Below the pieces are notes generated by a model. That model was not told the DNA's origin. It did no database searches and saw nothing but the letters and a program-made list of their open reading frames with translations. 23,224 nt of DNA from Rhizodiscina lignyota. Taxonomy: Eukaryota. Where the stretch lies: positions 558,001 through 581,224 of the forward strand of contig ML978137.1 in NCBI GenBank assembly GCA_010015805.1, in the 5' to 3' direction. Made by a program: the position numbers and the translations under genes. This document shows, piece after piece, positions 1 to 9,428 of this stretch. Position 1 is the stretch's first letter. The number at the start of each line of letters is the position of its first letter.

Positions 1-315
1 CGTTCGATCGTTCGCGAACTGCCTTACGTAGTATCAACAATCCTCACCACCAAGGCACAATCCCCAGCTCGATAAAGCCTGTGCATACTGAGGCCCCAGT
101 ATTTGATTTCAACCTCCACGGACACATGATCAAGTGCATGGTCATGTAAGAGAACCATACTCGCTTTCTACTTCATTGATATTGTAATGTTGTCTCGTTC
201 TTAGCGTATGTAATCATTTTCAGCATATGTAGCTCAGCAGTCAATAACCGCACTTCTTAATATCCACACTTTAACAGCAAATAAACTCTCTAGCTTCTAT
301 TCCGATATAACTATG

Positions 316-1201
316 TCACATCACCCACGAAACCAGATTGTTTGAAGCAAAAAGCAGGCACAGACTCCAAACCAAAGGTTGTGAAGTTAGCGCGTTCGCC
401 ATGCCCGTCTCCGTTGATGTTGAACCAGACGCCGTAGTCGTTACTGTGGTCGCCGCGGTAGAAGCAGTTCCAGCTGGCGTCTCCGTGGTCGAAGCAGTTT
501 CAGCTGGTGTCTCCGTAGTCGAAGCAACTTCAGTTGACGTCTCCGTAGTTGCCGCAGCAGCTGACGTCGCACTCAAACCGCTATTAGTCTTCTGAGTACT
601 AGCTGGCGGAGCTGCGCCGCCAGATTGGGCCTACGAAATAGGCAAATTGTGAGCTATGTGCGAAATCCCAAGTTGAGGATCAACACCTACCAGCGTAGCA
701 AGGGCGCCAGCAGGCAGAGCAGCGCCGGACGTGGTGCAGGTTCCATACGATGCGCCGCCTGTAGGCTGGACACCGATGTGGCCGGGCATACAGCAAATAG
801 GCTGTTCGGTGGTCGTGAACATTGACCAGGACACATCCGCGCAGCGGCTGTCCTGTGTTACGTTGTAGCCGCATGGTTGATCTGCGTGACTGAATGAGAG
901 CCAGTATTACGGAACCGAACCTGGAGTTAAAGGACGTACCAGTTGGACAACAGACATTTGAGTCTGAGAAGTCTGTTAAATCGCAGTAAGAGTCCAATGG
1001 ACAGCAAGAGGCCCTGCCGCAATCACCGGTGCCCTGTGGGCAAGGCTGTTCGACGAGCGCCCAGCCTTGGGCGATGTTCTGACGCCTGACGAGATCAGAA
1101 GCTGAGCCAGCAATTGGCAGCTCGAAAGCTAAACTCCTGCATGCGAGCAAGCAGAGGACAACGACGAGCATGCCGTTGGGATCTTGTCGTGAAATTGTCA
1201 T
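316..1201 (-). CDS. Secreted, probably GPI-anchored cell-surface protein with Cys-rich N-terminal domain and Ser/Thr/Ala-rich stalk, ~255 aa; exons 1201-940, 881-691, 630-316
   Basis: ATG in CAAC-ATG context at 1201 (alternative ATG 1171). Hydrophobic signal-like segment MLVVVLCLLACRSLA. Cys-rich region CPQGTGDCGRASCCPLDSYC...VCCPT-DQPC...RC...PICC...GTC. Introns 939-882 (GTACGT..CAG) and 690-631 (GTAGGT..GCTCAC..TAG) join three ORF-track fragments in frame (768 nt). Thr/Ser-rich repeat and hydrophobic C-terminus (PLVWSLCLLFASNNLVSWVM) resemble a GPI signal. Confidence 0.8.
461..550. repeat. Coding tandem repeat, 3 x 30 nt (TTETPAETAS-like units)
   Basis: Units gaagcagttccagctggcgtctccgtggtc / gaagcagtttcagctggtgtctccgtagtc / gaagcaacttcagttgacgtctccgtagtt at 461, 491 and 521. 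Confidence 0.9.
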
Positions 1202-2688
1202 GTTGCGGATGATCCCAAAGACAAATCTGGGAAGTTTGCAGTCGCGAACGATAGTTGGTCTTCTATATCGGCCGTCCTTCGAGTCTATAAGTGTGATATG
1301 GGAGGCATTCTGGCCCCATAGCTTTCCTACTCCGCAGATCTTGAAAGCGAATAGCTGTGCAGCGCCAAGGTGAGGCGTTTTGCAGCTAGCATTTAGGCCT
1401 GATAACAAGCGAGCCAAGCACTATTGCTTCTCCTATTAAGCTCAGAGACAAGAAATCGGCGCGTCTGGACATCAAGCTGAAATTGAGTTACGCCATTGGC
1501 GAATGTGTGTCGCAAGTGAACAGTGTCTTCTACGTAGAGAAATACGACTGACCGGAGAATATTATACGAAGTATAGTAGATGAAACTTTGCAATCCATAG
1601 GAGCATGAAGCCACCCAAACATGATCTTTTACGCAGGGGATGATCGAAATTCGAATGGACATCGATTAAATGTGATAGATCGCGCCGTCATGGCCTGCTG
1701 GACGGCGACAGGCTTGGCATAATAGGGCAAACGAAATATGGGAATTGGCATGAATTGCTATACTTCTAAAGGCTCAAGCCCAATGTATTTTGCTCGATTC
1801 AGCGCGTTCGGCCATCGAATGTAGGGCTGAACGCGGCCTGAGTCCTTGCAGCACGCAGTCAAGACGGCGTCTCTTGTTCTTTGCCCTCGGCCACGTCGTG
1901 CGGCCAATCGCGTGATGAACAGAGGAAGATTGGCAGTGAAATGCTACTTGTGCCCCTCATGGAGCGTGTTGTTCGAGCGGGATGGTGCATGAGCTGAAGT
2001 GAATTTGGCGAGGCTCGGCCGTTCCGCATGATTCGACTTCGAGCTTCAAACGGCATCTTCCGCAAGCCGCTATCTAAATACGGGGTATCGTGATCGTGGT
2101 GAGCGATACCAGTGCCAGTTATGTCAGGGGAAGGGTTAAATGCATTGATGCTCGCTCTCTCACTCGTCAACTGAAGAGACGCTTCACTACCTGCAAGGAT
2201 CCACGAAGACCGTGACCGTCTGTACTGTATATATCCCCTGCAGCATAGGAAGGATTGCCTGTTACAGGATGGAAGCTATTATCGGTGTAGCCGCGGCGAC
2301 TTCTAGATCTTGTTCCATTGCTACTTCGTAATCTCCTGTTCCCTGGGCACGTACTGTGTAGATTCGTGGCTGGACTTGCCTGACGATGTCTCATTGGACA
2401 ATCATTATTGTCTCGGCACGTTCAAGGCAGCAACAAACGGAATCCGCTGGCTCAAACCAGACTGTTTGCGCTCCTCAACATTCCCTTATGGTAACTCAAA
2501 ATGTGCAAACAATATAACTGTGAACGAAGTTTGATTTTTCGGGGAGAACGCTCAGGAGATTGCACCAATTGCGCCTGCCTGCACGCCCGCTATCAAACTA
2601 GAGATTCCCTCGCGCCTCCAGTGTCAGAGAATGCATAAGATGGACATGCACCTGTCTCGCCAATTGAGAAAAACATAGTAAATGGAAA

Positions 2689-3715
2689 TCATTCTCCAAG
2701 TCTGTAAATGTATCAGTTTTCGGTTCAAAGCCTCCTCCAAGTGATTGGACTCACCTGTAGCTCACCAGCGTATCCACCCGATGATTGCTCGTACTAAAAC
2801 TTCTCAACTGGACTTTCTCGCCATTCTTGATCTCCTTGGCGTCACTATCGCCCCATTCGATAGGAACATCCGAGTCAGCATCCGCGTAGACGAGTACATT
2901 GAATGTGCAATTGCCGTCAAGCATTGGCAGGAACGTCACCGACGCCGTGATCTGCCTGAAGATAGACTGAATTTCGTTCTGAATCTCTTGTTCAGTCTTC
3001 TCAGGGGCTGGCTCCGTGGCACTGCTTCTTGCATTAGAAAGGGTTTGTCCTGTATTATGGCAGAGACATACTCTGGCGCCGCATTCTCCTTGTCGCCTGA
3101 TCTCCGCGACGATTTGGACTTTGAATTCTTTCCGAATATTTGCACCTGGTGTAAGCGGTCAGAACCGATATCTTTTCGCATATGTGCAGCTGAACAAACA
3201 TCAAATTGCCATCTCTCCACGTGCTCTCCGGTATCTTTGTTGGTAATCACGACCACGAGTTTTGAGATCTTGCCGCCGAGCATCCACTTATTCAGCTGTG
3301 ACATGATCTTCTTGATATATGCTTTGACTTGGTCGTCGGACGACACTAGCATGTTGAGCCCATACTTCTTGACACTGTGGAAATCAGCCTTGACTGGTCT
3401 CCGCTTAGAAGATATTAGACTTACGCTGTGAAGTCCTCTGCTGGATATACACCGCGCTGGAAACTGGGACAAAGTCAGCCTTTGAGAATCACAGCTTCAT
3501 TGCAATAGCATACAGAATCGTGTTTATCGAATACTCAAACTGCGATTGCGATTAGCTATGGCTGCTCTTTTGACGTCTTTCTCAACTTACAAATTCCGCG
3601 ACAATTTTTGATGATCCTAGCGCCACGTTAGAACTCCAAAAGTCTTCCAACTATTAGATAGCATACCTTTCAGAGACAACTTGTGCGTCTTTGATTTCTC
3701 TTTTTCTGCAGACAT
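2689..3715 (-). CDS. MAD2: Mitotic spindle checkpoint protein Mad2 (HORMA domain), ~222 aa; exons 3715-3667, 3616-3591, 3539-3514, 3463-3425, 3374-3200, 3145-3072, 3021-2755, 2701-2689
   Basis: Spliced translation gives the Mad2 hallmarks [80 protein letters not shown] and VQLRSFSTSNHRVDTLVSYR. Seven GT..AG introns of about 50-54 nt with CTAAC/CTAAT/CTGAC/CTGAT branch sites. Total 669 nt, in frame. Confidence 0.96.
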
Positions 3716-4016
3716 TGTTGCAAATTGAGGTCGTGAGCAGATTTGTGCAGTTCGCTGAAAGTGTGACGGTGGTTTTGTTGACAAAGGGTTGGGCGGGGCA
3801 ACCGTAGCCGAGAACGCCGCGCTTTCAGGTTTTAAGTGCCCAAGTGGAGCTCCACCTCAACTTCACCTTCACCTTTACTGATCACAGCGCAACTGGATGC
3901 ATTGTGATTGTGCCAAGAGTAAGACGGCCATCAGTTTAATTTGGACGGGGTGAACTACGCAGTCTTTTATGTCTGTAATACAACATCTTATCTTCAGCGA
4001 AAGCGCGGTGAAGAAG

Positions 4017-4210
4017 GTATGTGTGAAACGCCACTTCTTCGACGCACTCTCAATCTCTAATGATGAAGTTTTAATGCATGTATTACCTGAGGCGCTCTAT
4101 TGTGCTCACTTTGATGAACATTGTCCCAACAGTCTGATTTCCGTCGATCAATCTCTTTACTTTGTCACCTTTCAATTTGACCATCATACTAACATTTTGA
4201 AGGACCATAG
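4017..4210 (+). other. Predicted 5'-UTR intron of cnxG (snoRNA host intron, 194 nt)
   Basis: Donor AAG|GTATGT at 4017, branch ACTAAC at 4188-4193, acceptor CATAG ending 4210, 5 nt before the cnxG ATG. Roughly three times the local intron length and contains a C/D snoRNA. Confidence 0.75.
4060..4137 (+). ncRNA. Box C/D snoRNA, U45(SNORD45)-like D' guide for 18S rRNA 2'-O-methylation
   Basis: Box C ATGATGA 4060-4066, D' CTGA 4087-4090, C' TTGATGA 4111-4117, D CTGA 4134-4137. D' guide GCATGTATTA (4076-4085) is complementary to the conserved 18S segment UAAUACAUGC. Flanking external stem TCGACG (4039-4044) / CGTCGA (4142-4147). Confidence 0.88.
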
Positions 4211-4215
4211 GAACA

Positions 4216-4497
4216 ATGCCAGCTACTAAATGTCCAGCGGGCCATTTCAATATTCTATACTTTGCCTCCGCCGCGTCCTTTACGAAGAAAGAATCAGAGC
4301 ACCTCAAAGCCCCTCTCGATGCCGCGAAGCTGTTTGATACCCTTGATAAGCAGTATCCGGGAATGAAGACGAAGGTCCTCAGCTCCTGTGCTGTGACCGT
4401 CAACCTCGAATACGTAGACATTGAGGATGCCGACAAGGACTTGGTTATCAAGGAAGGCGACGAGGTTGGGATTATACCACCAGTCAGCTCCGGATGA
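4216..4497 (+). CDS. cnxG: Molybdopterin synthase sulfur carrier (small) subunit, ThiS/MoaD ubiquitin-like fold, 93 aa
   Basis: F-x-ILYFA...YPG..KVLSSCAVTVNLEYVD...GDEVGIIPPVSSG matches MoaD/MOCS2A. The PPVSSG terminus is as I recall for Aspergillus CnxG. ACA-ATG context. Confidence 0.93.
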   Translation: MPATKCPAGHFNILYFASAASFTKKESEHLKAPLDAAKLFDTLDKQYPGMKTKVLSSCAVTVNLEYVDIEDADKDLVIKEGDEVGIIPPVSSG

Positions 4498-5689
4498 TCG
4501 TTAGTGGGCAATACTGCCACTTACGACTTGCACTAAGAGCTCCTACTTTACCGTACAGTCTGCGGAGTCAACATGGCACAGCACTACACAGTGGTATCCA
4601 GATAAAGTCGCCGAGCACGAGCGCTGGACCAACCTCCCCACACCCAAATCGCGAGCTGAAGGCTAATACAACTCGCTAGAGATTAGCGGTAATGCGAAGC
4701 ACTGCAATGGCATGTGGATATAAGAGTATCACAATCGGTCGTGGCATGATCGGCAGATTGCCCACCAGTAGTTTCGAATCCATTGTTTGAGCACAATGAG
4801 TTCAATGGCGGTTTCCCTGCAGGTGTCGCCGTCGTTTCCGGCTGGCCCGTCGGAGTCTAGCAAACGTTTGGCTGAGCTTCGGACAACGCCAATCGATTGT
4901 CCATCCGCCGCGCCGTTGCACAGCTCTTTGGCTCCGCGTAAGCCTCCTGAGTAACCAATGAATCTACGGCATTCTGGAACAGAATCAGTCTTGGCGGCAT
5001 ACGTGGATAGTACGAGTAGCAATGTGAATCTGATATGTACGCCATCGGCATCCCCATTGTAAAGTCCGTTCAGGCTGAATATACGTCACTGTGGCTTTTG
5101 CAAACCTTGTCAATCGTTAGGCAGACGAGGAGTTCTTTCAGGCATCCCGCCCAAACAGGCAGAGTGAAACGTCCTTACAACTGTCATCCACGCGTGCGCG
5201 CAGGCGCATGCCATCAACGTCGCGAACGGCCTGGGAGAGTCGCGCGGGGTCTCCAGCAGTGAAGGACAGACGTTAGTGGAAAGCAGGATGCCTGCGTGTC
5301 GCTCAGCAGCAGCGAGTCGTGAGTCGTCCAATTCGCTCCGAATGTAAGATGCTCCCATGTGTGCCGCGGCCGGCGCATTCCACTGGCACGCTGCCCCCGA
5401 AAAACAACTTCACTCTCGCCGTGAGCAGCGCACTTGCCGCCTCATCTTCACTGCCCATTATCCGACATCAGACAGTGCTGATGAGTGCTATTTGAGTTGT
5501 CTCTGCTCGCGAGGCCCTCTCAACATCTTAAATAGGCACGTTCCGAGGCCTCTCATTCGCGTCTGAGCGCCGGGCCCCCACACGGAGCATAAAGCCCCAA
5601 AAGCTCCGCGACTCTCCTCATCGGTGCTTCGCAGCAGCCGTTCACCGATACAATCGCAACCCACCTCGACATCGTTGACGACGCTGCAT

Positions 5690-8600
5690 ATGGCTTCACA
5701 GAGTGCTCTGGATCCTCGACTGCAATATGGCCACCCTCAACCGCACTTCGAAGCTCGCAACCCGCTTATGCATTCCCACCCACCTCCACAGCAAGCAGGC
5801 CCAACCCCGTCGTCGCATCCGGTAGCAGTGCCGCAAGAACACGCCCAGCAGCAGCCCTACTATCTCGACCGCGAACCCCGCGATTCGACTGATTCAGCGG
5901 ACCACAATCTGGAGGATCATAGCGAGGATGAGATCCATGAGTCGCCGGAAACTCTGGGGGACGAGGATGGGCATGAGAAGACAAGGTACGGCGAGAGCTT
6001 TCGCTTTGTCCGAAGGCAGACGGCATGTCGATGCGGCATAGTGGAGCAACAAAGACAACGGGGAATGCTTTGGAGATATACAGGCAATGATTGCGCACAC
6101 TTTGCGACCATGAGCCATGTCTTCGCCATCAGAAACCCCGACGTTGTCTTCTGAAGATGCCCCATGCCGCATCCATCAAACGCCGTCTTCCGCTTCGCCT
6201 GAATATTCCTCGTTGTACTGATTGGCCCGTTTCTTTGTCCAATTGCTAACGTCTATGAAGTCCCTCCAAGTCATCCGATGCAAAACGCCCAAGAGCTTGC
6301 GATTCATGCCGGGGCCTCAAAGTCCGATGCATAATTGACCCGTCGTCAGGACTGCCATGCAAACGATGCGCGAAGGCCGGAAGACAATGTATAGTGACAC
6401 CACCGACGAGGAAGAGACAGAAGAAGGCAGATAGTAGGGTTGCGGAACTGGAAAAGAAGATTGATGCGTTGACAGCAACACTCAAGGCACAGAATGCGGC
6501 AGCAGCAGGTGAATTCACGAACCCTAGAGCGGAGGCTCCGCATTACCAAGCAAACCAAAGGCTGCTTGGCGAACATATTGATACTCGAGTCACCTCCCAG
6601 TCGCGCCTGAATGAGAGTCCTGTTACTGCTCTTCCGCGGAAGAAGCGGCGGATCGACTCGGACAACAACAGCAGGGTAGGTGTGGAGATGAAAAGGATTT
6701 GGGGAGTCACAAGATCACTAGCTAATATCCTTAAAAGGCACAGTCACCCGCACCCGCTGATGAGGAGACGGTCCGTCGCGAAATCCTTGAGAAGGACAAT
6801 GGAGAAGTCATGGTTACAACGAACAACTACAATGAGCGGAAGCCGGTAGTGTTTGACCACTCCGATATCGACGGAAGAATAGACGTCCTCATCGACCGCG
6901 AAACAGCTGAGAAACTTTTTGACCGGTATGTACGGGACTTTGCTGGCCAGATGCCTGCGGTAGTATTTCCGCCGGGGACTACTGCAAAGCAAGTCCGTGC
7001 TCAGAAGCCCGTGCTATTCTTAGCCATTATGAGCAGTACTTGTTATGGGTTTAGCATCCATAGAGAAGCTCAACGGCAACTACAACAAGAACTGCGCGAC
7101 GTCTTCGCGGATAGTATATGGCGAAATGCCGAGAAGAGCCTGGAGCTGATACAGGCTTTACAAGTGAGTAATGTCGCATCTAGGATGCTGCAATTGTGCT
7201 GAACGAAATAGGTCGCAACTCTCTGGTATCGGCCGCCGAGCAACTTTGAACAGCATATGTTCTACCAGATCGTGCATATGGCAACTATAATGGCAATTGA
7301 TATCGGAATGGGAAGACGTCAACACATTAACCGCAGAAGAGGGCCAATACTACAACCTGCACGACTACTTCCAAATGCGGATACTGCTGAAGTCCGAAGA
7401 GCATGGCTCACCTGCTACTTGCTCTGTATTAGCATCACCATGGTACTACGGCGGCCGATTCTACTTCGCTTCAACGAATACATGCAGGAATGCATTGAGT
7501 ACCTTGAGACAGCCCCCGACACATATCCTTCCGATACCCTCTTCTGTCAACATGTCAAACTCGCTCATATCGCAGAGGAGATTGCGACCAACTTCAACCT
7601 CGACGATGTATGCTCCAGCGTATCGATGGGTGACCGTCGCGTTATCTTCGGCATCAAGAGATTCGAGCGAGACTTGGTCGAGAGGATAAAGAAGGATCCT
7701 CCAAATCCTGCCCTAAGATTATCGGAACATGTAACGAACCTTTACATTCACGAGATAGCGTTGCATTACAACCAGAACGACACCGATTTCCGCCCGCCAT
7801 ACAATGGCGACGCAGATAAGGCGCCAGCGCAGAGGATAATTAGTGCCGAGCATGTTGATGCTCTCAGCGAGCTTGCGCGTAGCTGCAAAGCTATCCTTGA
7901 TTCTTACCTCGCTTACGATTTCGATTCACTGTACATGTTGCCAATCATTTTTTGTAAGTTTTACATGTTCAGTATACCCAGACTCTGCTAACCATGACAG
8001 CTGTCCGTACCGTCTATGCCACGGTTGTGCTTTTGAAGCTCTACGTCGCTGCTACAACCCCTGGCGAAATGATGAGCATCATCAAGAAAGACGAGCTTTA
8101 TGTTGAGGTCTACCTCTCGAGGCTGCAGCAGCGGTTCCAAGCTATCATGGACCGCGACTCGCAGATCCCGCATGCGAAGTTTCTCTTTGTCGTTCAAAGG
8201 TTGAACGAGCGATATATGACCATCCTTCGCGACGTTGAGAAGCGCCAGACGAAGCGCCAGTCGGGTGTTCCGCCTCCTGCAAAGATGCTGAGAAGCGATG
8301 CCCCGCCTACACAGGCAGAAGGCTTGCATTTGCTCAGCGCAGTCGCAATGGGCGGGACACCAGCGGCGCCCAACGGTGCTCCAAACCAACAGACACCGGG
8401 CATTCCGACTCCTCAGAGTCAAGGGCAGACGCCCCAATCGTGGTATCCACCGAACGAGATGCCCGGCGTTCATCCGCATGGCATGCCACAAGGCGTTGCC
8501 ATCGACCCTATGGCGTACGGACAGTACAACGGACAATTTGCTGGCTTTGGTAAGTTGTCCCCGACACCTGTCCGCGAACCCAGTTCCACACCGAATTCGA

Positions 8601-8764
8601 GACAGAGAGTAGAAGCTGATGTGGCGGTGTTTGCAGATAATTTCGACTTCTCCCTGGGTGGGATGGGCATGAACGGGGACCTTTACTCAAACCTCGGACT
8701 TGGTGGTGAGATCTGGGACTTTTCCGACCCGGCTTTGACGGGTCAGTACCAAAGCTGGATGTGA
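5690..8764 (+). CDS. Zn(II)2Cys6 transcription factor with fungal-specific TF middle domain (War1-like family), ~851 aa; exons 5690-5985, 6261-6675, 6738-7163, 7212-7953, 8001-8549, 8637-8764
   Basis: KRPRACDSCRGLKVRC-x9-CKRCAKAGRQC zinc cluster followed by a coiled coil (SRVAELEKKIDALTATL). Middle-region motifs KPVLFLAI, KSLELIQAL and RRAWLTCY. Five GT..AG introns with branch sites. Total 2556 nt, in frame. An alternative in-frame acceptor at 6743 is possible. Confidence 0.93.
6011..6197 (+). other. Long imperfect hairpin inside the 275-nt intron 1 (5986-6260) of the Zn2Cys6 gene
   Basis: Nested complementary pairs: CGAAG 6011-15 / CTTCG 6193-97; AGACGGC 6018-24 / GCCGTCT 6182-88; GATGCGGCAT 6030-39 / ATGCCGCATC 6164-73; AAGACAACG 6052-60 / CGTTGTCTT 6142-50; GGG / CCC; plus inner GGC..ATG..CGCA / TGCG..CAT..GCC. 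Confidence 0.75.
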
Positions 8765-9428
8765 AAAATATGGGTTATGATTGCATGAAGGGTACGTGGG
8801 ATCTGGTGATGGTACATTAACGGCCGGCGCACTGGGTATGAGAGAATTCCTCAAAATGGGTGGTTTCCCACCTCGGTGCACTGTAAAAGTTAGTACACGG
8901 GAGTTTGTACATATACTACCTTTTGTTTGTGAAGATACCACACTCTCAGAATCCAAGGATGCTCGCTCTTGGTAAACGAAGCCTTGGGCGGCGGCACGGT
9001 TCGAGCCGTGCTGCCTTGTGTTGTGTTGCATTTAGGCGTCGCTATACACCACTTCAAGCACATGCCGTCTATATGCACCACCCAATCACCAGATCAACTG
9101 GCGCGCCCAATATTGGAATATTGGGATTCACAGCAGCCAATTACTCGTTCGGGTGGGTCACGAGAGTCCCTGCATGACACCATCGAGCTGAATTTCGGCT
9201 CCCGGCAGATGCAGCTGTAAGCAGATTCCCCATCTTTAACGTCAGCCTGTCTCCGCAGTCACTCTCGACACAGGCATGGGGTCGCAGATCCGCTGCTCTG
9301 AGAGGCGAATCCGAATTGCTCACTTTGCTTTGCACATGACAGCATAAGAACAAAGCCACACCCCCAATTGCTCCCTCCAACCTCCTCGAGAGCAGAACCG
9401 CCTCGAGAGCACCCGGCCACACGAAGCA

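Noticed and set aside
1859..2534. Short ORFs between the GPI gene and MAD2
   Set aside because: No motifs, no consistent splice model and no transposon protein signature.
2745..3431. 228-aa + strand ORF
   Set aside because: Antisense shadow of MAD2; it runs across MAD2 introns and has no recognisable motifs.
4480..4497. CnxG ends in -SSG rather than the canonical -GG of sulfur carriers
   Set aside because: As I recall, this is the normal terminus of filamentous-fungal CnxG, so it is not a defect or novelty.
4729..5566. Several 60-100-aa ORFs upstream of the Zn2Cys6 gene
   Set aside because: No recognisable product or supported splice structure; probably promoter/UTR sequence.
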